DNA of 64,000 bases from an uncultured virus (IMG/VR IMGVR_UViG_3300008110_000249) (taxonomy: Duplodnaviria; Heunggongvirae; Uroviricota; Caudoviricetes), in IMG/VR virus record IMGVR_UViG_3300008110_000249. The stretch is one strand, 5' to 3'. The notes beneath the pieces are model-generated. The model made no database searches. It was not told where the DNA came from and saw only the letters and a list, made by a program, of their open reading frames with translations. Positions 10,706 to 19,667 of the stretch are shown here, piece after piece (the first letter of the stretch is position 1; the number at the start of each line of letters is the position of its first letter). The translations under genes and the position numbers were made by a program.

Positions 10706-12178
10706 GTGAATTATGCAGGTATGAGTTTTGGATTTCATGATGCTGCAATAAGTGTGGTTGATAAAACTGGCGATATATTATATGCAGGACATAGTGAAAG
10801 ATACAGTGGTATAAAGCATGATAGTAATTTGTCATCGGGGATTATTAATGATGTATTAATGTATATCAATGATGATGTAGAATTGCATTATTATGAAAGG
10901 CCTTGGCTAAAATTATTACGACAAATAAGATCAGGTGAGTCGTTTGATATATCAAAATTATTAATAAAGAATTCACTAGTTAAAGAATTAAGTGACAGTA
11001 AAGTATATAAACATAATCATCATTTAAGCCATGCTGCTGCAGGATTTCAAACAAGTCCATTTAATGATGCTACTGTTGTAGTAATTGATGCAATAGGGGA
11101 GTTTGATACTATTAGTATATGGGATGCAACATACGACATTAATGGTATAGCAAAATATAAAAAACTATGGGGTAAATCATACCCCGATAGTATAGGCTTA
11201 TTTTACAGTGCTATGACTGCAAACATAGGATTGAAGCCTTTAGATGAAGAATATATATTAATGGGTATGTCCGCATATGGTAAACCCATACATGTTCAAG
11301 AAATGCAAGAATATTTAATAGGTAATTATAAGAATTTAGATTTTAATGAAAACTTACACGTAGGTCTTCCTGAAGATTTTTTAGCAGACGCAGTTGATAT
11401 GGATATAGCTGCTTCAAGTCAAGTAATAGTAGAAAAATTAATTACTAGAGTCATGGCTATTGCAAGAAGTTTAGGTAGTAGTTCTAATTTAGTGTATGGT
11501 GGAGGAGTTGCATTAAATTGTTTAGCAAATAGATTATTAGGTAATTTTTTTGATAAGATTTGGATAATGCCTAATCCCGGTGACGCCGGTTCTAGTTTAG
11601 GTGCTGCTGCTTTAGGTTACGGAAAAAAATTAAATTGGCGAACTGCTTTTTTAGGGCATAATATAATAGGAAATTATCCCACTAAGCATTTACTTGATGA
11701 GTTGTTAGAGAATAAAATAGCAGGAGTAGCAAGTGGTCGCGCCGAATTCGGACCTAGAGCCCTAGGCAACCGTAGTTTACTAGCGGACCCGCGCGGCGAT
11801 ACTATCAAGGATAAAGTAAATGAGATCAAACGTAGACAGAAATTTAGACCCTTTGCTCCAGTTATTTTGGAGGAGTTGGTTGATCAGTACTTCGATATGC
11901 CTTACAATTGGGATAACAGTAGGTATATGCAAGTAATCGCTACTTGCAGGTATCCTGAGTTATTTCCTGCTATCGTTCACTATGACGGGACTAGTAGGGT
12001 ACAGACTGTTCCGAAAGATGGAAGCGGAATCAGAGACCTACTTGAAAAATGGTATGACCTAACAGGTTGTCCAATGTTACTGAATACCTCATTAAATATA
12101 CGAGGTGAACCAATGGTTAATAATAGAAAAGATGCTGACAGATTTGAAGCATTATATAATGTGAAAGTAATGTCGTAA
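10706..12178 (+). CDS. Carbamoyltransferase, NodU/CmcH/TobZ family
   Basis: GFHDAA, ERYSGIKHD, HHLSHAA, DAIGE, GGVALNC, PGDAGSSLGAA, EFGPRALGNRS, FRPFAP, HYDGTSRVQTV, LNTSLN. Confidence 0.95.
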   Translation: MNYAGMSFGFHDAAISVVDKTGDILYAGHSERYSGIKHDSNLSSGIINDVLMYINDDVELHYYERPWLKLLRQIRSGESFDISKLLIKNSLVKELSDSKVYKHNHHLSHAAAGFQTSPFNDATVVVIDAIGEFDTISIWDATYDINGIAKYKKLWGKSYPDSIGLFYSAMTANIGLKPLDEEYILMGMSAYGKPIHVQEMQEYLIGNYKNLDFNENLHVGLPEDFLADAVDMDIAASSQVIVEKLITRVMAIARSLGSSSNLVYGGGVALNCLANRLLGNFFDKIWIMPNPGDAGSSLGAAALGYGKKLNWRTAFLGHNIIGNYPTKHLLDELLENKIAGVASGRAEFGPRALGNRSLLADPRGDTIKDKVNEIKRRQKFRPFAPVILEELVDQYFDMPYNWDNSRYMQVIATCRYPELFPAIVHYDGTSRVQTVPKDGSGIRDLLEKWYDLTGCPMLLNTSLNIRGEPMVNNRKDADRFEALYNVKVMS

Positions 12179-12181
12179 CAT

Positions 12182-14938
12182 ATGCTTAGAGATGTTTTTT
12201 ACTATGGGCAGAAACCCAATGTACATCCTAGAGAAAAATTAGCAAAAAGTTTAAGTGATGCCAAGAGACAGGCTACTACTGAACATTTTTGGATTATAAA
12301 TGAATTTTGTGATTACTCTAACTTTGACTGGGATTTTGATTTTGAATTTTTACCTAACGAAGAAGTATGGACCGAAAACCACATTAATGTATGGCCCAGT
12401 CAACATCAAAAAGATAGCGGTACTTGGTTAGTAAACACTAATAATTTAAATCCTTCGATCGTTTATCGCCGAGATGTAAATCCAGTAAGACGCAAAAACA
12501 TCAAGCATAGTTATTGGAAAATAGTTCAACCTATTGATGAAAATAAGTTTGATTTTAGTTGGCATCCGGATCCTACTGACCCACCTTATATATACATATT
12601 TCCTACACAATGGAATTCAGTAGGTGGTCCCGAGTATCATGTTTTAAATGCACATGAAGAAAAATATATTAACACCCAGCTTGGTATAACTGTTGTTGAT
12701 TTTGATAAATGGAATATACCTAAAAATATTGATACAACTGATTTTGATTTTTCTTGGGTGCCGCATCCTAAAGATCCTCCATTCATATATCAATTCGGTA
12801 CGCAATGGCAAAAGACAGGCGGCCCCTCTTACATCGTAGAGGGTGCATCTGATATAAAGTACATAGAACTTCAAAAAGTAATAGCATTGCCTACTACAAA
12901 TAATTGGGTAGTTCCTAATAATCTTAATATAACTAATTTTGATTTTAGTTGGCATCCTGACAATACAGATATGCCATATATCTATCAATTCGGTACTCAA
13001 TGGGCATTGAGTGGAGGTCCTAAATATATTATAGAAGGGGCTAAGGAAATTAAGTATATGGATGATATGATAGCAACAGTATTACCTGATAAAGCGAATT
13101 GGGAAATACCTGAGTCAATAGATATTGAAAATTTTGATTATTCATGGCACCCATATGTAGAAGATCAACCTTATATCTATCAATTCGGAACACAGCATCA
13201 AAAGACCGGCGGCCCTCGCTATATTACGCCTGGTGCACTACCCACAAGCCCTACTAAGTATATTGATACACGTATTCTAAAAGCAAAAAGGTTACCCAAT
13301 TGTAAAAATTTTGTGATACGTAACAACTATAAAATTAAAGATTTTGATTGGTCATGGCATCCAGATGATACGGATGAGCCATATATTTATGTATTTGGTA
13401 ATAATCAATATTCTGCTGAAATCATGCCTACTATTGAATATGCAATGGTTGGTGCAAAGCAAATTAAATATATTAGTTCAATTATTGCAGTATTAGATGA
13501 TGATAGAACTAATTGGATAATACCTGAAAATATTGATACAACTGATTTTGACTTTAGTTGGAAACCAAACCCCAAAGATCCACCTTATATCTATGAATTT
13601 GGCACGCAGTGGCAAAAGACGGGCGGCCCGCGGTATGTGGTTGATGATGCTACTCAAGTGAAATACATAGAAGGTAGTAAGGCTAAATCATTACCTAATA
13701 AACAAAACTGGATCTTACCTATAGATATACCTATTATAGACTTTGATTATAGTTGGCATCCTGATTCCACCGATAGTCCGTATATCTACGTTTTTGGAAC
13801 TCAATGGCAATCAACTGCAGGTCCTAGATATGTGGTCGAGGGCGCAACTGAATACAAATATATAGACGTAAATTTTGCTAAAGCAGGACCGACGAATAAA
13901 AATTGGAGCGTGCCGTCAAATGTTGTTATAACAGATTTTGATTATAGTTGGCACCCACATCCTGATGATCCGATCTATATATATGAATTTGGAACACAAT
14001 GGCATGATCGCGGCGGCCCTGTGTATACTGCAACCGGGGCAAATAAAGATACACCTATTAAATATATTGATACCCTAGTTATTAAAGCCATTTTAGGACC
14101 AACTACAGATAACTGGTATATTCCTGAAGGGATTACAATAGGAGATTTTGATTATAGTTGGGTACCCCACCCCAATGATCCACCGTACATCTATGTATGG
14201 GGTAATAAATATGTAAGTAATATATATAAATCTACGATAGAATATCGTGTCCCCTATGCAACACAAATTAAATACATGACTAATGATGTTGATGTGTTGC
14301 CAGAATGGGATAGATGGTATATACCTAATAATATTGATAAGGCTACGTTTGATTTTAGTTGGAGACCGGATCCATTAGAACCGGATTTAGTTTGGCAATT
14401 CGGAACGCAATGGCAAGAAACAGGCGGCCCTAGATACATAACCTCCAACGCGACCGAAATAAAATATGTAGATAGAAATATCATGCAATCTTTTCGAGTA
14501 GCAGATAAAAAAAATTGGGAGATACCGAATAATATAAATGTTTCTAATTTTGATTTTAGCTGGCATCCGGACGATAGGGCAGATCCATATATCTACCAAT
14601 TCGGTACACTACTAGATAGAAATGATGGTCCTAGATATATAACTTCGGGCAATAAAGGTGAGATTGTATATTTGCCTAGAGTAGAAATAGTAAACAATAC
14701 CTTTTCTGAAATACAACCTACTGGAAATAATATTGTTGTAAATTCATATTATATAGAAACTACACTTGATGAGTTAGTAAAATTGCATGTTGGAGAGGTG
14801 TTTTGGGCGTTGAATAGGGGAATAAATTATGATAAATTTAATTTTGATTGGAGACCCGATTCTATAAAGGATATAGAATATATACAAGTTTTTGGGTCAC
14901 CTGATTCTACTGCAACTCATACTTCTATCAGGGAATAA
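12182..14938 (+). CDS. Tandem-repeat protein, N-terminal part of a probable single large repeat/glycosyltransferase-like protein
   Basis: 11 clear ~65-aa repeats NWxxP..FD(F/Y/W)SWxP..D.PYIY.FG.QW...GGP.Y...A...KY. Confidence 0.8.
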   Translation: MLRDVFYYGQKPNVHPREKLAKSLSDAKRQATTEHFWIINEFCDYSNFDWDFDFEFLPNEEVWTENHINVWPSQHQKDSGTWLVNTNNLNPSIVYRRDVNPVRRKNIKHSYWKIVQPIDENKFDFSWHPDPTDPPYIYIFPTQWNSVGGPEYHVLNAHEEKYINTQLGITVVDFDKWNIPKNIDTTDFDFSWVPHPKDPPFIYQFGTQWQKTGGPSYIVEGASDIKYIELQKVIALPTTNNWVVPNNLNITNFDFSWHPDNTDMPYIYQFGTQWALSGGPKYIIEGAKEIKYMDDMIATVLPDKANWEIPESIDIENFDYSWHPYVEDQPYIYQFGTQHQKTGGPRYITPGALPTSPTKYIDTRILKAKRLPNCKNFVIRNNYKIKDFDWSWHPDDTDEPYIYVFGNNQYSAEIMPTIEYAMVGAKQIKYISSIIAVLDDDRTNWIIPENIDTTDFDFSWKPNPKDPPYIYEFGTQWQKTGGPRYVVDDATQVKYIEGSKAKSLPNKQNWILPIDIPIIDFDYSWHPDSTDSPYIYVFGTQWQSTAGPRYVVEGATEYKYIDVNFAKAGPTNKNWSVPSNVVITDFDYSWHPHPDDPIYIYEFGTQWHDRGGPVYTATGANKDTPIKYIDTLVIKAILGPTTDNWYIPEGITIGDFDYSWVPHPNDPPYIYVWGNKYVSNIYKSTIEYRVPYATQIKYMTNDVDVLPEWDRWYIPNNIDKATFDFSWRPDPLEPDLVWQFGTQWQETGGPRYITSNATEIKYVDRNIMQSFRVADKKNWEIPNNINVSNFDFSWHPDDRADPYIYQFGTLLDRNDGPRYITSGNKGEIVYLPRVEIVNNTFSEIQPTGNNIVVNSYYIETTLDELVKLHVGEVFWALNRGINYDKFNFDWRPDSIKDIEYIQVFGSPDSTATHTSIRE
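12510..14680 (+). repeat. Coding tandem repeat, about 195-205 bp unit, 11 copies
   Basis: Recurrent ttt gat t(t/a)t agt tgg cat cc... caa ttc gg. ac. caa tgg ... ggc ggc cc. at roughly 200-bp spacing. Confidence 0.85.
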
Positions 14939-16724
14939 AGATTTTAAATTTATAGATAATGCAAAATTGAGTGCTGAGTATTTGTCTAATCTGTTTATCA
15001 AGCCTGACATGTTTTTTGTGGATAAAGGCAATAAAGAATCATTAGAACGTTTTGAGCAGATCAAGAAAAAATACACTAACGTACAAAAGACACGATATCT
15101 AAATAATTGGGTAGACACAATTAATCGATGTATTAATCGCAGCAATACTGAATTATGTTGGATATTAAACAGTGAATTAGATTATACTAATTTTGATTTT
15201 AATTATTATCCTAATCCATGGCAAAGAAATATGGTACATATATTTGGTACTCAGTGGAATCACTGGGGAACTACATTCATGGTTAATAGAGAAGATTTTG
15301 CTAGGGACACCAAATATATCAAAGTTATTGAACATCTTACTAATATAAACTTTGTTAAAGATAGAATTGCTATAGCAAAAGATATAATATATGACACAAT
15401 ATATATTGATCATGGTAACATTGATGAATCAATAATATCCTCTATTGAAAATCAAGGAAAAATAGTTGTAAAGTACGAAAAAGATTATTTAACAACATTT
15501 AAAAATATTCTTTCTAATCTGCCTGAAAAAAAAGAACATTTTGTTTGGTTAGTGAGTTCTATATGTGAATATGATAAATTTGATTTTACATATATCTGTG
15601 ATCCTTATGCCAAAGAACAATTACATGTATTTCCTAGTGATCAGCAAAAATTTGGTGATACTTTTTTCGTTAATGTAAACCGAATGCGTGAACTTATTGG
15701 AAATATGCAAACATTAGCAGACTATGATAAAATAAATTATAATCAAACATTAAAGGCAACTAGATTACCTGCTCCAACAATAATTAATGAGTTTGATTCT
15801 CATGTCATGGGTATAATGCAAGATTTTGATTTTCCATATGCCACTTTGATTACTAATGATAATTTAGATGTTATTCCTTCAGATGAAGAAACTATAAGTT
15901 TATGGGATTTGGAATCTAAAACAGTCTTGATTACGAGTACCGGTGGAACTAGGATTATTGTACCTAAAGAAGCAAAACAGTATGTTGAAACTCAATTGTA
16001 TGATTATCCGTATATTAAAACTTCTAAAAGATTATCTAAATCCAAACCATTTGATATTGTTTATTTGAGTAATGGCGAGAAATGTGCTGAAGAAAATTAT
16101 GAACATCTATTAAAAATATCCAAAGGACTAGATAATAATATTAAGAGAGTAGACGGCATTAATGGGAGAGTGCAAGCATATCATGCTGCTGCTGAAAAGA
16201 GTGATACCAATTGGTTTTTTGCAGTGTTCGCTAAATTAAAAGTTAATTTGAAATTTGATTTCAACTGGCAAGCAGATAGATTGCAGATACCTAAGCATTA
16301 TATGTTCTTGGCAAAAAATCCTGTTAATGGGTTGATATATGGTCATCAAGGAATGATAGCATACAACAAGCAAATGGTATTGGACAATCAAGGGCAAGGA
16401 TTAGACTTCACATTAGATAGTCCACACGATACTGTAGAATTATTATCTGGTGTTGCTACCTTTAATACAGATGAGTTCAGTACTTGGCGAACAGCATTCA
16501 GAGAGGTTATAAAGCTTCAAAAAGAAAATTCTGAAATTAGCCTACGTAGATTAGAATCTTGGCTCACTAAAGCAGAGGGAAACTTCGCAGAATTCTCATT
16601 GCAAGGTGCTAGTGATGGTATAAACTATTACAATGAAGTAGATGGTGATTTAAATAAATTAAAACTAAGTTATGAATGGGATTGGCTTAAAAAAGAGTTC
16701 ACTAAAAAATACAGAAAAGGTTGA
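14892..16724 (+). CDS. Glycosyltransferase-A-like multidomain protein; probably the frameshifted continuation of 12182..14938
   Basis: Degenerate copies of the same FDF..P...HVF motif; C-terminal DIVYLSNGE..AEENYEHL...RVDGINGRVQAYHAAA..S.T.WFF.V domain of GT2-like type; no convincing own start. Confidence 0.6.
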   Translation: MGHLILLQLILLSGNKDFKFIDNAKLSAEYLSNLFIKPDMFFVDKGNKESLERFEQIKKKYTNVQKTRYLNNWVDTINRCINRSNTELCWILNSELDYTNFDFNYYPNPWQRNMVHIFGTQWNHWGTTFMVNREDFARDTKYIKVIEHLTNINFVKDRIAIAKDIIYDTIYIDHGNIDESIISSIENQGKIVVKYEKDYLTTFKNILSNLPEKKEHFVWLVSSICEYDKFDFTYICDPYAKEQLHVFPSDQQKFGDTFFVNVNRMRELIGNMQTLADYDKINYNQTLKATRLPAPTIINEFDSHVMGIMQDFDFPYATLITNDNLDVIPSDEETISLWDLESKTVLITSTGGTRIIVPKEAKQYVETQLYDYPYIKTSKRLSKSKPFDIVYLSNGEKCAEENYEHLLKISKGLDNNIKRVDGINGRVQAYHAAAEKSDTNWFFAVFAKLKVNLKFDFNWQADRLQIPKHYMFLAKNPVNGLIYGHQGMIAYNKQMVLDNQGQGLDFTLDSPHDTVELLSGVATFNTDEFSTWRTAFREVIKLQKENSEISLRRLESWLTKAEGNFAEFSLQGASDGINYYNEVDGDLNKLKLSYEWDWLKKEFTKKYRKG

Positions 16725-16749
16725 CATAAATACACATGCATGATACACT
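16721..16749 (+). promoter_or_regulatory. Sigma70-like promoter with TAAATA in the spacer
   Basis: TTGACA-17 nt-TACACT. Confidence 0.6.
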
Positions 16750-16777
16750 ATTTGTAATATAATTTTACGAGGTTCTA

Positions 16778-17056
16778 ATGAAGAAACTTCTTGCAATTTC
16801 TATTATTTTGTTGTCGATTACTGGATGTGCTACTCCACAGCAAAATGCTGCGCTCGCCGGCCTAGTCGTGGGTGCAGCAGTTATGGGCGCCGCACAATCA
16901 AATTCAAATCATTATCACCCACCTCATCAGTATCATCACCATCATTATCATAATTATCAATATGTCCGCCCTAGGTGTACATATGCCCGTGGCGCATTTA
17001 TAGGTCGTAATGTGCATGGTGCTGCAATTTTTGAATATCACCAAATTTGTAACTAA
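16778..17056 (+). CDS. Small His-rich lipoprotein
   Basis: Signal peptide with lipobox ITGC, Gly/Ala zipper, HYHPPHQYHHHHYH tract. Confidence 0.7.
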   Translation: MKKLLAISIILLSITGCATPQQNAALAGLVVGAAVMGAAQSNSNHYHPPHQYHHHHYHNYQYVRPRCTYARGAFIGRNVHGAAIFEYHQICN

Positions 17057-17117
17057 GACTCTATTTACCGATCAATATCCCCCGCGTACTAAATACTATT
17101 AGACTGCGGGGTTTACC

Positions 17118-17447
17118 ATGGGTAAAAAAATTTTGTTTGGTATCTTATTATTTTTAAGTCCGTTTCTTCAGGCTAAAGAATTTAGTATTAATAAAACGAT
17201 TCCGTGCGACACATTAAAAAATGTTTTGTCACTGATAGTAAAGTATGAAGAATCTGTTTTTTGGCAAGCATCTAATCCTGAAAAACTAATCACTGTCCTA
17301 ACGCTTAATCTTGATACTAAGACATGGACTATAATTTTAACTGATGGTGACTTAGCATGTGTCATGGATACAGGCAAAGGCTTTGAATTCATAGATACAC
17401 TAAAGCAACGACAAAAAGGTAATGTTAAAAACATAACACGTAGTTGA
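17118..17447 (+). CDS. Hypothetical secreted protein
   Basis: N-terminal signal peptide (LQA-K); two Cys. Confidence 0.6.
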   Translation: MGKKILFGILLFLSPFLQAKEFSINKTIPCDTLKNVLSLIVKYEESVFWQASNPEKLITVLTLNLDTKTWTIILTDGDLACVMDTGKGFEFIDTLKQRQKGNVKNITRS

Positions 17448-17451
17448 AATC

Positions 17452-18195
17452 ATGAGTTTTTTTGTAACCGTACCGTATAAAACTACTCCAAATATGCAAA
17501 AGCATACAGGAAATATTACTGAGGTAGTACATACGTTAGAATACATGGTATCAAAAACAAAAGAATTACAGAAATGGAATAAAGATTTGTATGCATGCCG
17601 AAGACCTGATCTAGTTAAATTGGCATCAAAAAAAATGCTAACACCTGTTACATATGATATTGTACAATTCGCTATGAATTTCAAAGAAGATGTAGCAATA
17701 TTGCATAATGGTATTCTAGAATCTATTTGTTTTTGTTATCCAAGTTCTTGGATTCCATCTGAGAAAATAGGAATGTCGTTAACAGAGATTCATACTCCGG
17801 TAGCCGACGGAGAGCTTCTGCAAAAAATGAGCCAACGTATTGCGGAGACAATGGCAACTCAGGGTAATTTTCGTAGATACGTATGGACTATCAGTTCTTC
17901 AAATGAATTGAGCAACCACCCATATATGATAAAACCTGAAATCACTGAAGCAACTGTTATCGAGGATTTATATCTCAGAACAGAATCACAAACATCTACT
18001 CCATTGGGAGACGGCAAAACAAGTTTGTTTTTTGTAAAGGTAGAAGTCACCCCTTTAAAAGACTATTGGGTTGATTTCGAAAAACGTAAAATTATTATTG
18101 ATAGTATCAATAGCATGACTGAGAATGTGTTACGCTATAAAAACTTAATAGATATAAAAAAGATATTAAATAAATATTCCAACTTAGTCAACTAA
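17452..18195 (+). CDS. Heme-dependent oxidative N-demethylase alpha-subunit-like protein (DUF3445)
   Basis: EDVAIL...CFCYPSSW.PSEKIG.SL.EIH.PV...R.VWTI...LYLRTESQT motif series. Confidence 0.7.
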   Translation: MSFFVTVPYKTTPNMQKHTGNITEVVHTLEYMVSKTKELQKWNKDLYACRRPDLVKLASKKMLTPVTYDIVQFAMNFKEDVAILHNGILESICFCYPSSWIPSEKIGMSLTEIHTPVADGELLQKMSQRIAETMATQGNFRRYVWTISSSNELSNHPYMIKPEITEATVIEDLYLRTESQTSTPLGDGKTSLFFVKVEVTPLKDYWVDFEKRKIIIDSINSMTENVLRYKNLIDIKKILNKYSNLVN

Positions 18196-18777
18196 ATGTT
18201 TTTACCCATACAATACAAACCTGAAATTTCTAACTCATTAGAAAAGTTTATTTTTTGTCAACCAAATATCCTATCTAAGGATATATGCCATGAATTAAGA
18301 AATTATCTAGATACAACTTCAGGTACACACAGGCGTGGATCAAAAACTTCGGAGACAGTTGCGGCAACCTTTTCAACTACACTGTTTCATAATGTTCATA
18401 TTCCTTTATACGAAATAATACAGCAGAATATACAGATTTATAATAATGAATTTAATTTCATTATATCGCATATGGAAATAGTGGAAATAAAAAAATATGA
18501 AGTTAATGATAGATTCGGGGCACATACTGATAATTATCGTGCTACTATTCAAGGTATAGACCGTAAATTAAATGTTATTGTGCAGTTAAGCGATGAGGAT
18601 TCATATGATGGTGGAAATCTTTACGTTCTCGATCATGCCAAACAAAGAATTATTCTACCTAAAACATTAGGAACTCTTATAATTTTTCCTGCTAACTATT
18701 TGCATGGAGTAAGTTCAGTCACTAGGGGTTCTAGATATAGTTTAATTACCCATGTTTGGGGCCCGGAGTTTAAATAA
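18196..18777 (+). CDS. 2OG-Fe(II) oxygenase (prolyl-4-hydroxylase/PKHD-like)
   Basis: HTD...RKLNVIVQLS...YDGG.L...IIFP...HGVSSVTRGSRYSL. Confidence 0.88.
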   Translation: MFLPIQYKPEISNSLEKFIFCQPNILSKDICHELRNYLDTTSGTHRRGSKTSETVAATFSTTLFHNVHIPLYEIIQQNIQIYNNEFNFIISHMEIVEIKKYEVNDRFGAHTDNYRATIQGIDRKLNVIVQLSDEDSYDGGNLYVLDHAKQRIILPKTLGTLIIFPANYLHGVSSVTRGSRYSLITHVWGPEFK

Positions 18778-18781
18778 TTTT

Positions 18782-19036
18782 ATGAAGATAAAAACATCAT
18801 TGCAAGGACTAGAAGTATGTGCTAAATTGAAGCATGATCTATCTAGTATCAAATATAATCATGATTTGCAAAAATTACTGAATAATATATATTCAATGAT
18901 TTCGGAAATATCTAAGCTTGAAGTAAACTCAAGAAGGATGCATACTTATTCAGTATTAGAATCTCCCTTAAAAGAATTAAATGAGACTGTTACTAAATTA
19001 GAACAGTACATTCTGCTTGCAAAATTAATGAATTAA
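18782..19036 (+). CDS. Hypothetical helical protein
   Basis: ORF packed between neighbours; ATG at 18782 preferred. Confidence 0.55.
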   Translation: MKIKTSLQGLEVCAKLKHDLSSIKYNHDLQKLLNNIYSMISEISKLEVNSRRMHTYSVLESPLKELNETVTKLEQYILLAKLMN

Positions 19037-19037
19037 T

Positions 19038-19250
19038 ATGTATAACTTAATCTTTGTTGCGTCATTGTCCACTACATTGGGTGCCTATCCTGATCTACCC
19101 AGTTGTCAACAGGCTATGCGTGATCATGCTAGATTTCAAATTTTGGGAGCAGGAATGCCTTCTAATCCTGAAATTGAAAAAGCAATAACCTTGCAATTGC
19201 AATATACAAGAAAGTACATTTGTCTGAAAGCAGAAAAAACTGTGAAATAA
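19038..19250 (+). CDS. Hypothetical protein
   Basis: Tightly packed ORF, two Cys. Confidence 0.5.
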   Translation: MYNLIFVASLSTTLGAYPDLPSCQQAMRDHARFQILGAGMPSNPEIEKAITLQLQYTRKYICLKAEKTVK

Positions 19251-19276
19251 CTTGGATTTCATACGGAACATAAAGG

Positions 19277-19305
19277 TTGACATTAAATCAGTTTGGTAAT
19301 ATAAT
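19277..19305 (+). promoter_or_regulatory. Sigma70-type early promoter
   Basis: TTGACA-17 nt-TATAAT, perfect consensus. Confidence 0.85.
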
Positions 19306-19336
19306 ACTCTTATCGTAAATATTTCGAGAGTAATAG

Positions 19337-19597
19337 ATGGCCTTCTTTGTATATCACCGTAAATCTACTCAAGTTATCAAGGCGTTCAACACCCACAGCA
19401 GTGCAAAGCGTAGCATGACCTGCATGAACCGTAATGCCAACTCTGATGAGTATTCGGTGGCCGAGGAAGAGTACTACAATAAGAATATTGTATGGCGTAA
19501 AAAGGTCAAGAACCTCATGACTGGACAAGAGGTTGAGATTGATAGCAACACTCCTCACTGTTGCGATCCGTCTACCGAGACGTTTTGGTCAATGTGA
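19337..19597 (+). CDS. Hypothetical early protein
   Basis: Follows early promoter; GC-richer codon usage; C-terminal TPHCCDPSTETFWSM. Confidence 0.7.
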   Translation: MAFFVYHRKSTQVIKAFNTHSSAKRSMTCMNRNANSDEYSVAEEEYYNKNIVWRKKVKNLMTGQEVEIDSNTPHCCDPSTETFWSM

Positions 19598-19608
19598 TAT
19601 TATTTTTA

Positions 19609-19637
19609 TTGACAATAAATCCTGAAGTAACTATACT
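19609..19637 (+). promoter_or_regulatory. Sigma70-type early promoter (TTGACAATAAAT family)
   Basis: TTGACA-17 nt-TATACT. Confidence 0.8.
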
Positions 19638-19667
19638 TCAATCATAATTTTTCAACAGGAGTAACAA

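Noticed and set aside
12510..14680. Regularly spaced DNA repeats as a CRISPR array or DGR template/variable repeats
   Set aside because: Repeats are degenerate at synonymous positions, in frame within a long ORF and about 200 bp long; no unique spacers, cas genes or reverse transcriptase in the window
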